Assembly (NCBI GenBank): GCA_002104905.1
Contig: MCFE01000046.1
Span: 1 to 64,000 of the forward strand
DNA from: Basidiobolus meristosporus CBS 931.73
Lineage: Eukaryota > Fungi > Basidiobolomycota
Direction of reading: 5' to 3'
Length of the DNA: 64,000 nt
Below, one piece after another: positions 35,509 through 47,800 of the stretch; the stretch's first letter is position 1; each line of letters opens with the position of its first letter. Below the pieces are notes generated by a model. The model worked only from the letters and a program-made list of their open reading frames with translations, was not told the origin of the DNA and did not search any database. Position numbers and translations under genes: made by a program.

Positions 35509-38500
35509 TGTTGTAAAAATTTGTAATTCCACCTAAATATTCACCTAACTTAGTCACTTAGATCATCACCTTCAAATCCTAGAGAATACTGACCAAATTC
35601 CTTGTTGGGATTTACTTAGAATATTTTCACCAAAATACCAGGTACCCAGAACATGAAAATTCTCAAAGTTGTCCAAACAGCCCCAAACTTTGCACACATG
35701 TTCTTGGGACCTTCCTTAACCTATTCTACGTGTTTGTAATGCCAAGACCAGGTAAAAGTATAAATACTACTTTTACATTCAATAAATCATTAAGTGAAAA
35801 CCACATAATCTACTTGTTCTCCCAATCACTTCCAATATCTCCAAGACTCTTACAACAGGTTATGAGCCCCAAGCTGTCACTCTCTGCAATGTCTACTACT
35901 GCTATTACTGGAATTTTTCCCTCTGCTGAAAAGTTGGATGGATCTAACTACCAAGTGTGGAAGGTGAAGATGAAGATGCTGCTACAAGAAAGAGGCCTTT
36001 GGGATATTGTCATGGGAGAAGAATGCCCTCCTAAAAACGTGGGAGAGGAAGCCTTAAAGTACCAGAAGAAAGAACAAAGTGCCTTTAACTGCATTTGCCT
36101 TAATGTCAAGGACAAATTGCTAATTCAATGCTCAAGAGCAAAAACGGCAAAGAATGCCTGGAAGGCATTAGAAGACACCTACCAGTCATGTTCAGCTGCC
36201 AAGAAAATGTATCTGAGAAGAAAATTCTTTACTACAAAGATGCTGCCAGGAGAAGAAATGAAAAATCTAATTAACAGAATTACCCTGCTGGTAGATGAGA
36301 TGGAATCTGTGGGCGTACCAACTACTGATGAGGATGTGATAGTTACCATCCTGAATAGCCTGACAGACGAGTTTCAGGGCCTTGTATCAGCCCTAGAGTC
36401 CAGAACTGAAGATTTGACCTTAAATTACGTATATGGAAGGCTCCTGGATGAAGAATTAAGAAAATCAAGCGCCAATAAGAAGGAAGAAGAAAATGCTTTA
36501 ATAAGCAATGATAACCAACAAAGGAGGTACCCAAGACCCTACAAAGGCAACAGCAACCTATTTTGCAACTACTGCAAAAGGAAAGGACACACATCAGACC
36601 GGTGTCTCAAAAAGAGAGATTATCAGCAAAAGAAGCCTGAATATGGAAATGCTGCAACAACTGAAGATAGACTATTCATATCTGCACTAAATATGACCAC
36701 AAACAAGGATTCTCAGACGTGGTATATTGACTCTGGAGCTTCTCAACACTTTACACACCAAAAAGAACTTTTTACCCAATATCAAGAAATTCCAATTAAG
36801 AAGGTTTTCATGGGTGACAATAGAACACTTGATGCAGTGGGAGAAGGAACTATCCAAGTAAACCTTAGAAGCAGTGAAGGAAGCCATACACTGACCTTTA
36901 AAGAAGTACTCTATGTACCAGAAATAGCCAAGAACCTACTCTCTGTAAGCAAGGCCACAGCAGAAGGACTCAGTTTCAGTTTTGACAATTCTGGATGCAG
37001 GATCACTGATCAAAATGGTGCTCATATTGCTTTGGGCATCAGAGATCAGAATCTATACAAGTTGACTTATATTCCATCATATCTGGAAGCCAATATAAGT
37101 AACTTAAATGAAGAAACACCAATGCTTTGGCACAGGAGATTTGGGCACATCAATTTTGATTATTTGCGTAAAATGATCAAAGATCAGCTAATTTCTGGAG
37201 TGAAAATTGATCCCCCAGCTAATTTGGAGCACTGTGAAGCCTGCATATATGGGAAACAAGCCAGACAACCGTTCAAGAGCTCTGGGTTAATCAAAACTAA
37301 GAAAAAATTAGATCTAATTCACTCAGATCTGTGTGGACCTATGCAAAATTTATCCTTAGGCGGGATGAAGTATTTAATCACTTTTATTGATGATTATACA
37401 AGATACACATGGGTCTACTTCATGGAGAGAAAGGAAGAAGCTCTGTCTAAGTTCAGGGAGTTTAAAGCCATGGTGGAGAGAGAAACTGGTGAAAAAATCA
37501 AGAAAATACGCTCTGACAATGGTGGAGAATATACCTCAAAACTCTTCATCCACTTCTGCAAAATTCATGGGATAAAGCAAGAGACTACTGTACCATACTC
37601 CCCACAGCAAAATGGAGTAGCAGAACAAGCTAACAGATCAATAATTGATATGGCAAGATCTATGATCCATGATCAAAAATTATCCTATGATTTTTGGGCG
37701 GAATCAGTTGCCACTGCTGTATACCTTAAAAATAGGAGTTATAACAGAATACTTTGTGATTCTACTCCATTTGAAGCATGGTATGGATACAGACCAAGTG
37801 CAGAACATCTAAGAATATTTGGGTGTACAGCATATGCCAAAAAACTGGCCGGAAATCAGTCAAAATTTGAGCCAAAAAGTGTAAAATGCATATTTTTGGG
37901 CTACTGCAATGAGAGTAAGGCATACAGACTCTACAATACCAAAGCAAAGAAGCTTATCAAGTCCAGGGATGTGTTGTTTGATGAAAATTCAAAATTTTCA
38001 CAAAAAATGACATCAGATGATGACGAAAATTTGATCTCAAGTCCACCAATTGTCAGGATTGAATCAGAGCAAAACAATGAAATTTTTTCACTCCAGAGGA
38101 CTCTACAACCGTGGTTCAGCCAGAATCAGTGCCCAGGAATATCCCAGAAGTGATCATTCCAGTATCAAATGCCCGGAGATCAAATCGGACAAGAAATAGC
38201 CCAAATTACTATATCAATGAGGGTACAAACTTAGCCTATGCCTATTCAGTCCATATTGATGAACCCCAGACTGTAAAAGAGGCCCTAAATAGCCCTCAGA
38301 CAAAGTTTTGGAGATCTGCAATGACTGAGGAATATCAGGCCCTGATGGAAAATCAAACTTGGGACTTAGTCAAATTACCAATCAACCAAAAATCAATTGG
38401 ATGCAGATGGGTCTTCAAGACAAAATACAAGGCTGATGGTACAATTGAAAGATACAAAGCAAGACTTGTAGCCAAAGGATACTCTCAAACAAAAGGACTT

Positions 38501-40192
38501 GACTATACTGAGACCTTTGCACCGGTAGCCAAGTTTAATTCCATCAGATTAATATTGGCTATTGCAGCCAAATATAAGTTTTTTATTCATCAAATGGATG
38601 TAAAAACTGCATTTTTGAATGGAGAACTTGATGAGGACGTGTATATGGACCAGCCTGATGGGTTTGTTGACCAAGATAACCCCCATTTGGTCTGCAAGCT
38701 TAAAAAGTCACTATATGGTCTCAAACAATCACCAAGAGCCTGGAATTGCAAGATAGATTCTTATTTGGAATCTTTGAGTTTCAAAAGGAGTAATGCTGAC
38801 TATAGTATATACTATAAGCCAGATAGAGCAAATCCAGTTCTATTAGCTCTATATGTGGATGATCTTATTATAGCCACCAATAACCTAGAAACATTGGAAG
38901 AGACTAAATCCAGCCTATCTAAGGAGTTCAAGATGTCCGATCTAGGAGAACTTAGTTACTACTTAGGGATTAAGTTCTCCATAGACAGAAGTACCCAGAC
39001 TATTACCCTCAGCCAATCCAAGTATATTCAAGATATACTAAAGAAGTACAAAATGGAAGACTGTAAACCGGCAGCTACCCCAATGGAGACAAACCTTAAC
39101 TTGGTCAAAACTCAACCAAATCAAGAGAGCTTGGTGCCATCTGAAAGCCCTGACTTTCCTTATCAATCTATGGTCGGCAGTCTGATGTATATCATGCTTG
39201 GAACACGTCCAGATATCTCATATTCAGTGGGAGTTGTCAGCCAACATAATCAGAACTATGGATCTGATCATATTGCAGCAGTTAAGCGGATTTTTAGATA
39301 CCTAAAAGGAACTGCTGATATTTGCTTAAGATACACTTATAAGGATCAGAACAGGATCTTGTGGGATACTCTGATGCTGATTGGGGACAAAATTTGGAAG
39401 ACAGAAGATCCACCACAGGATACACCTTTCTTTACTGTAAAGGAGCAATTTCATGGATTCAAGAAAGCAACCAACCGTAGCACTTTCTACTACAGAGGCA
39501 GAGTATATGGCAGCCTGTGAAGCTACAAAAGAAGCAATGTGGTTAAGAAAACTCTTTACAGATTTAGGCCTATGTCAAAAAACGCCTATTACTTTATTTC
39601 AAGATAATCAAGGATGTATACAATTAGGTAGAAATCCAACTTTTCATGCTAGAACCAAGCACATAGATATTAGACATCATTTCATACGTGAAGCTATAGA
39701 GAATAACTTAGTTAGCTTAGTTTACTGTCCTACAGATGAAATGATTGCAGACATATTTACCAAACCATTAGCTAGAGACAAGTTTGAAAAATCTTAGGTC
39801 AAAATTAGGACTAGTCAGTATGAACATTTATCTGAGTGGGAGTGTTGTAAAAATTCGTAATTCCACCTAAATATTCACCTAACTTAGTCACTTAGATCAT
39901 TACCTTCAAATCCTAGAGAATACTGACCAAATTCCTTGTCGGGATTTACTTAGAATATTTTTCACCAAAATACCAGGTACCCAGAACATGAAAATTCTCA
40001 AAGTTGTCCAAACAGCCTAAAACTTTGCACACATGCTCTTGGGACCTTCCTTAACCTATTCTATGTGTTTGTAATGCCAAGACCATGTAAAAGTATAAAT
40101 ACTACTTTTACAATCAATAAATCATTAAGTGAAAACCACATAATCTACTTGTTCTCCAAATCACTTCCAATATCTCCAAGACTCTTACAACA
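35509..40192 (+). mobile_element. Ty1/Copia LTR retrotransposon, full length, copy 2 (4684 bp), inserted in an older LTR of the same family
   Basis: LTRs 35509-35857 and 39843-40192; PBS 35858-35869; polypurine tract 39833-39842. Flanks attg|...|attgg match a duplicated attgg of the empty site at 29520-29524. Confidence 0.95.
35862..39831 (+). CDS. Copia Gag-PR-INT-RT-RH, frameshifts at 38083-38088, ~39345 and ~39457
   Basis: Same motifs as copy 1 and near-identical to it; the first in-frame ATG lies inside the PBS. Confidence 0.9.
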
Positions 40193-41470
40193 ATTGGGAG
40201 GACAAGTTGATTATGTGGCTTTCACTTAATGGCTTATTGAATATAAAAGTAGTATCTCTACTTTTACATGGTCTTGGCATAACAAACACATAGAATAGGT
40301 TAAGAGAGGTCCCAAAAACATGTGTGCAAAGTTTGGGGCTGTTTGGACAACTTTGAGAATTTTCATTTCTGGGTACCTGGTATTTTGGTGGAGGAGTTAC
40401 AAACTGTTACAACAATATTAACTTATGTTAATTGTGATCTGAGTTACTCAAATATGTCTCTAGCTAATGATTTTGTAAGTATGTCTGCAATGGTCCCATT
40501 TGTAGAACAGTACACCAAGTCAGATAAGAGATTATCTAGAGCTTCACATTTGAATTAGTGTCTAATATCTGTGTGCTTAGTTTTAGTATAAAAAGATGGA
40601 TTTCTACCCAAGTGTATATTTTAAGTCTCATAGTTGCACCTATATACTCACTCAGCTTAGTCACTTAGATTATAATCTACAAATCTTAGAGAGATCTGGT
40701 CAAATTTGTTGCTGGGATTTTCTTGGAATATTATCACCAAAATTTCAGATGCCCAGTATATTAGATGTTCCTTAGTAGTCCAAACTTTGCACATATGTTC
40801 TTGGGATCTTTCCAAGCATGTTTATATCTTTTGACTTACTAAGATCCAGTAAAAGTATTTAGGACCTCCCCACACATTATCCACGTGTTTGTATTGCAAA
40901 TGCATGCCAAAGTATTAACACTACTTTTACAGTCAATAAAGCCTTAAAAAAGAATCACATAACCTACTTGTACTCCTAATCATCTCAAATATCTACAAGA
41001 CTCTTACCACAAAAGCAAGCATGTAATGTATGCTTATAGTGGTCTTAAAAGTATGTGTGCAAAGCTTGGGGATGTTTGGACTACTTTGAGATTTCTAATA
41101 TTCTGAGTACCTGGTAATTGGTGAAAATATCCTAAACAAGTCCCAACAAGGTATATGGGCAAAACCCTATAAGAATTGTAAACAATGATTGAAGTGACCA
41201 AGCTAGGTGAATATTTTGGTGCAATTAAAAAACATAAAACATGCCTACTGGGCCTATACTAATATTAACTAGTCCCAGTTGTGATCCAAGGTATTCAAAT
41301 TTGTCTCTAGCTTATGGTTCTGTGAATGTGCCCACATACAGTGAACTAAGTGTACTAAATTACTCTCTATGTCTTCCAGTTTGGAATGATATTTAGTAAT
41401 ATGTGCATAGTTCTAACAGCAAAAGTTAGATATCTACATACTTAGATCATTGTCTACAAATCTTAGAAAA
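40193..41470. mobile_element. Degenerate Copia LTR/RNase H relics (40193-40722 paralogous to 29520-30049)
   Basis: Collinear match with scattered substitutions; further LTR fragments at ~40740-41225. Confidence 0.85.
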
Positions 41471-41841
41471 TACTTATGCTAGCTGAATTTGGATGCGAAT
41501 CACGTTGCTTTGAAGTCGATTACGGTATCGCCTAGAGTGTCCTCAACGGCATCCCATATCAGTGAGTCCGGGTCTATCAAGCTACAGAAATTGGGATCGC
41601 AAATCGCCCAGGAATAGAAAGCACATTTAGGGGGTCAAACAGGTTAATTGAGTTAAATCTAGGTTAGACCGAAGGCCTGGACCAAAAGCCTATTAATACT
41701 ATAGACTATATTGGTGCTATCACAGCGATTGGGAGTGGCTGTTGGTGGTATGTTCTGGACAGGTGCAAATAAGGGCTAAGGGAGTGGCTAAGAGTGTGGC
41801 TAAGGGAGTGGTTCTTCAGGGTTGATCAGCTTTATTGGGGT

Positions 41842-44800
41842 TCACATCCAATCACAGATGATGGATTGGCCAAGTGATTTGCACACGGTGCCACTGGCGC
41901 AATGGTTCTGAATTAGTCGTCCGTTGATGCAAACGAAAAAGATTGGAGAGATGTCCGAATCGAGACAACTGTACTGCCCATTGGTACAAACGCCGTCATA
42001 GGTAGGTTTGGCCGGGGTTTCGTTCTGCGTAACAGTGACGGTGTGAATGTTGTGTAGTGTGACTGTCTGGACGTGGGTCACAGTTACGCGACTAGTTTCC
42101 GTCACAGAGAGAACCACGGTGGCGGTAGCGCATTGAGGAGCACATGTTATCTCGGTGGATGGCACAGGGGTTGCTATAAAATGGGCATACAGTCAGAGAG
42201 GGATAACAAGAGGCCGTACTTTGAGAGAGGCTTACCTTTAGTAGTGGTTGGCTCGACAATGATGGTGCGATCGATGATGGTGCGTACAATACCATTACTC
42301 TCAGCCTGGGTCACAATATGTGCCACAGTTTCCGCTGACACCTGTGGTTCAGTGGTTACGGTGTGAATGTTGTCATCAGATTCAGTAGTCGTAACAACAC
42401 GAGCCCCACTTCCTACAGAAACGGTACGCTCCACGATGGTGCGGACATTGCCGTTAGATTCAGTAACAGTGATGGGATGGGCACTACTTTCAATAGAGTT
42501 GGTGGGTTCGACAGTGGCGGTACGATCTACTATGGTGTGAACATTGCCATTAGACTTGGTAACGGTGACGGTACTAGCGCTGTTTTCTACAGAGACAGTG
42601 GGCTGCACAGTGACGGTACGGTCCACCACTGTGTGAATGTTACCATTGGATTCAGTAACTGTCCTTTGTTCAGAAGCTGTGGGTTCGATAGTGACGGTAC
42701 GGTCCACTACGGTGCGGGTATCGCCATTGGATTCGGTAATGGTGATGGTACGAGCATCACTCTCAACAGAGACAGTGACAGTCCAGTCTACTATGGTTTG
42801 AGCATTTCCATTGGATTCAGTAAGTGTTATAGTACGAGCGGCACTTTCAACGGGCACAGTAGGTTCGGCAGTTACGGTGTGAGCGATGCCACTGGATTCA
42901 GTAGTGGTGATATGAGAGCCACTCTCTACAGACACAGTGACAGTACGGTCAGTAATGGTGTGAACCTTACCATCAGTTTCAGCTATAATAATGGTACGAG
43001 CTCCACGCTCAGCTGATACGGTTGGTTGGACTGTGCGGTCAACAACAGTACGAATGTTGCCGTCGGATTCAGTTACCGTAACTGTACGAGGACCATTTTC
43101 TACCGTGTGAACCTTACCATTGGATCCGGTTACAGTCATCGTACCAGCCCCACTTTCTACCGAAACAGTAGGCTGGATGGTAACTGTGCGATCAAGCACA
43201 GTGTGAACCTTACCATTGGAATCCGTTACAGTAATGGTACGAGCACCACTTTCTACAGAAACAGTAGGCTGGATAGTGACAGTACGGTCAATCATGGTGT
43301 GGATATTGCCATTGGACTCGGTTACAGTGATAGTACGAGATCCACTTTCTGCAGCGACTGTTGGTTTGATAGTGACAGTGCGGTCAATCACGGTGTGAAT
43401 ACTGTTATCGGACTTAGTTACAGTAACAGTACGAGCACCACTTTCCACAGAGACTGTAGGTTGGATAGTGACCGTGCGGTCAACAACAGTGTGAGTATTG
43501 TCATTGGATTCAGTTACAGTGATGGTACGAGCCCGTCTTTCAACGGAAACTGTGGACTCAAAAGTCACAGTGTGGTCAACAATGGTATGCGCCTTGCCAT
43601 CGGATTCAGTTACGGTAATAGTATGAGCTCCACTTTCCATAGAAACTGTTGGTTCCACAGTTACGGTGCGGTCTGCAACAGTGTGAACATTTCTTGTTGA
43701 TTCCGTTGTAGTAGTAGTGTGAGCCCCACTTTCAACAGAGACGATGGGATGAATGGTAACGGTAGTGTGAGCATTGCGACCAGATTCTGTTACCATATGA
43801 ACCTTGCCATTGGATTCGGTTGCAGTAACGACGCCAGCTCCACTTTGAACTGATATAGTGGGCTGGATGGTAACTATGCGATCAACAACAGTGTGAACAT
43901 GGCCATTGGATTCAGTTACAGTGATGGTACGAGCCCCACTTTCAACAGAGACGGTGGGCTCAACAGTTACAGTACGGTCGACAATGGTGTGCACCTTGCC
44001 ATCAGATTCTGTTACAGTAACGGTGCGTGCACCGCTCTCAGTAGAAACAGTGGGATGGAGTGTAACAGTGCGGTCGACAACAGTGTGAACATTGCCATTG
44101 GACTCTGTTACAGTGATGGTACGAGCTCCACTTTCAACAGAGACGGTGGACTCAGCAGTTACAGTGCGGTCAACAATGGTGTGTACTTTGCCGTCAGATT
44201 CTGTTACAGTAACGGTGCGTGCACCACTTTCTGTAGAAACAGTGGGATGGATAGTAACAGTGCGATCGACAACAGTGTGAACATGGCCATTAGATTCAGT
44301 TACAGTGATGGTACGAGCCCCACTTTCAACAGAGACGGTGGGCTCAACAGTTACAGTGCGGTCAACAATGGTATGCACCTTGCCATCAGATTCAGTTACA
44401 GTAACAGTGCGTGCACCATTCTCACTAGAAACAGTAGGATGGATAGTAACAGTGCGGTCGACAACAGTGTGAACGTTGCCATTGGACTCTGTTACAGTTA
44501 CGGTATGTGCACCACTTTCTATAGAAGCAGTGGGCTGGAGAGTGATTGTATGGTCAACAACCGTGTGAGCCTTACCATTGGATTCGGTTACAGTAACGGT
44601 GCCAGCCCCACTTTCTACCGAAACAGTAGGCTGTACAGTAACTGTGCGATCAACAACAGTGTGAACATGGCCATTGGACTCAGTTACAGTGATGGTACGA
44701 GCCCCACTTTCAACAGAGACGGTGGGCTCAACAGTTACAGTGCGGTCAACAATGGTGTACACCTTGCCGTCAGATTCTGTTACAGTAACAGTGCGTGCAC

Positions 44801-47800
44801 TGCTCTCAGTGGAAACAGTGGGATGGAGTGTAACAGTGCGGTCGACAACAGTGTGAACATGGCCATTGGGCTCAGTTACAGTGATGGTACGAGCCCCACT
44901 TTCAACAGAGACGGTGGGCTCAACAGTTACAGTGCGGTCAACAATGGTGTGTACTTTGCCGTCAGATTCTGTTACAGTAACAGTGCGTGCACCACTTCCA
45001 ACAGAAACAGTAGGATGGATAGTAACAGTGCGATCAACAACAGTGTGAACATGGCCATTCGACTCAGTTACAGTGATGGTACGAGCCCCACTTTCAACAG
45101 AGACGGTAGGCTCAAGAGTGACAGTGCGGTCAACAATGGTATGCACCTTGCCATCAGATTCTGTTACAGTAACGGTGCGTGCACCATTCTCACTGGAAAC
45201 AGTGGGATGGATAGTAACAGTGCGGTCGACGACAGTGTGAACGTTGCCATTGGACTCTGTTACAGTTACGGTGTGTGCACCACTTTCTATAGAAGTAGTG
45301 GGCTGGAGAGTGATAGTATGGTCAACAACCGTGTGAGCCTTACCATTGGATTCGGTTACAGTAACGGTGCCAGCCCCACTTTTTAGCGAAACAGTAGGCT
45401 GTATAGTAACTGTGCGATCAACAATAGTGTGAACATGGCCATTAGATTCAGTTACAGTGATGGTACGAGCCCCACTTTCAACAGAGACGGTGGGCTCAAG
45501 AGTGACAGTGCGGTCAACAATGGTATGCACCTTGCCGCCATATTCTGTTACAGTAACGGTACGTGCACCGCTCTCAGTAGAAACAGTGGGATGGAGTGTA
45601 ACAGTACGATCGACAACAGTGTGAACATGGCCATTGGACTCAGTTACAGTGATGGTACGAGCCCCACTTTCAACAGAGACGGTGGGCTCAACAGTTACAG
45701 TGCGGTCAACAATGGTGTGTACTTTGCCGTCAGATTCTGTTACAGTAACAGTGCGTGCACTGCTCTCAGTGGAAACAGTAGGATGAATAGTAACAGTGCG
45801 GTCGACAACAGTGTGAAGATGGCCATTAGATTCGGTTACAGTGATGGTACGAGCCCCACTTTCAACAGAGACGGTGGGCTCAACAGTTACAGTGCGGTCA
45901 ACAATGGTATGCACCTTGCCGCCAGATTCTGTTACAGTAACGGTGCGTGCATCACTTTCTGTAGAAACAGTGGGATGGAGTGTAACAGTGCGGTCGACAA
46001 CAGTGTGAACATGACCATTGGACTCTGTTACAGTGATGGTACGAGCCCCACTTTCAACAGAGACGGTGGGCTCAAGAGTGACAGTGCGGTCAACAATGGT
46101 ATGCACCTTGCCGCCAGATTCTGTTACAGTAACGGTGCGTGCACCGCTCTCAGTAGAAACAGTGGGATGGAGTGTAACAGTGCGGTCGACAACAGTGTGA
46201 ACGTTGCCATTGGACTCTGTTACAGTTGCGGTGTGTGCACCATTTTCTATAGAAGCAGTGGGCTGGAGAGTGATAGTATGGTCAACAACCGTGTGAGCCT
46301 TACCATTGGATTCGGTTACAGTAACGGTGCCAGCCCCACTTTCTACCGAAACAGTAGGCTGTACAGTAACTGTGCGATCAACAACAGTGTGAACATGGCC
46401 ATTGGACCCAGTTACAGTGATGGTACGAGCCCCACTTTCAACAGAGACGGTGGGCTCAAGAGTGACAGTGCGGTCAACAATGGTGTGCACTTTGCCGTCA
46501 GATTCTGTTACAGTAACGGTGCGTGCACCACTTCCAACAGAAACAGTAGGATGGATAGTAACAGTGCGGTCTACAACAGTGTGAACATGGCCATTGGACT
46601 CAGTTACAGTGATGGTACGAGCCCCACTTTCAACAGAGACGGTGGGCTCAACAGTTACAGTGCGGTCGACAATGGTGTGCACCTTGCCGTCAGATTCTGT
46701 TACAGTAACGGTGCGTGCATCACTTTCTGTAGAAACAGTGGGATGGAGTGTAACAGTACGATCGACAACAGTGTGAACGTTGCCATTGGACTCTGTTACA
46801 GTTACGGTGTGTGCACCACTTTCTATAGAAGCAGTGGGCTGGAGAGTGATAGTATGGTCAACAACCGTGTGAGCCTTACCATTGGATTCGGTTACAGTAA
46901 CGGTGCCAGCCCCACTTTCTACCGAAACAGTAGGCTGTACAGTAACTGTGCGATCAACAACAGTGTGAACATGGCCATTGGACTCAGTTACAGTGATGGT
47001 ACGAGCCCCACTTTCAACAGAGACGGTGGGCTCAACAGTTACAGTGCGGTCAACAATGGTATGCACCTTGCCATCAGATTCTGTTACAGTAACAGTGCGT
47101 GCACCGCTCTCAGTAGAAACAGTGGGATGGAGTGTAACAGTGCGGTCGACAACAGTGTGGACATTGCCATTGGACTCTGTTACAGTGATGGTACGAGCTC
47201 CACTTTCAACAGAGACGGTGGACTCAGCAGTTACAGTGCGGTCAACAATGGTGTGTACTTTGCCGTCAGATTCTGTTACAGTAACGGTGCGTGCACCACT
47301 TTCTACAGAAACAGTAGGATGAATAGTAACAGTGCGGTCGACAACAGTGTGAACATTGCCATTGGACTCTGTTACAGTTACGGTGCGTGCACCACTTTCT
47401 ATAGAAACAGTAGGCTGGAGAGTGACAGTATGGCCAACAACCGTGTGAACCTTACCATTGGATCCGGTTACAGTCATCGTACCAGCCCCACTTTCTACCG
47501 AAACAGTAGGCTGGATGGTAACTGTGCGATCAAGCACAGTGCGAACCTTACCATTGGGTTCAGTTACAGTAACGGTACGAGCTCCACTTTCTACGGATAC
47601 AGTGGGCTGAATAGTGACCGTACGGTCAACAACGACGTGAACCGTGCTATCCGAATCAGTCACAGTGACGGTGCGAGCTCCACTGTCGACGGATTTAGTA
47701 GGTTGAATAGTAATCGTGCGGTCAACAACAGTGTGGGCCTTGCCATCAGATTCAGTTACGGTCACGGTTGGCTCAGTAACTGTCACATCGACAGATGTTT

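Noticed and set aside
35730-35861. N-terminal extension MFVMPRP... of Copia Gag running through the LTR
   Set aside because: Starts at a GTG inside the LTR; similar short ORFs arise in every solo LTR. Gag more plausibly starts at 35862 or 35889.
30050-40192. The two inverted Copias as another fold-back read artefact
   Set aside because: The spacer is not palindromic, flanks are asymmetric, copy 2 has its own target-site duplication and the copies differ by substitutions. A haplotype mis-join remains possible.
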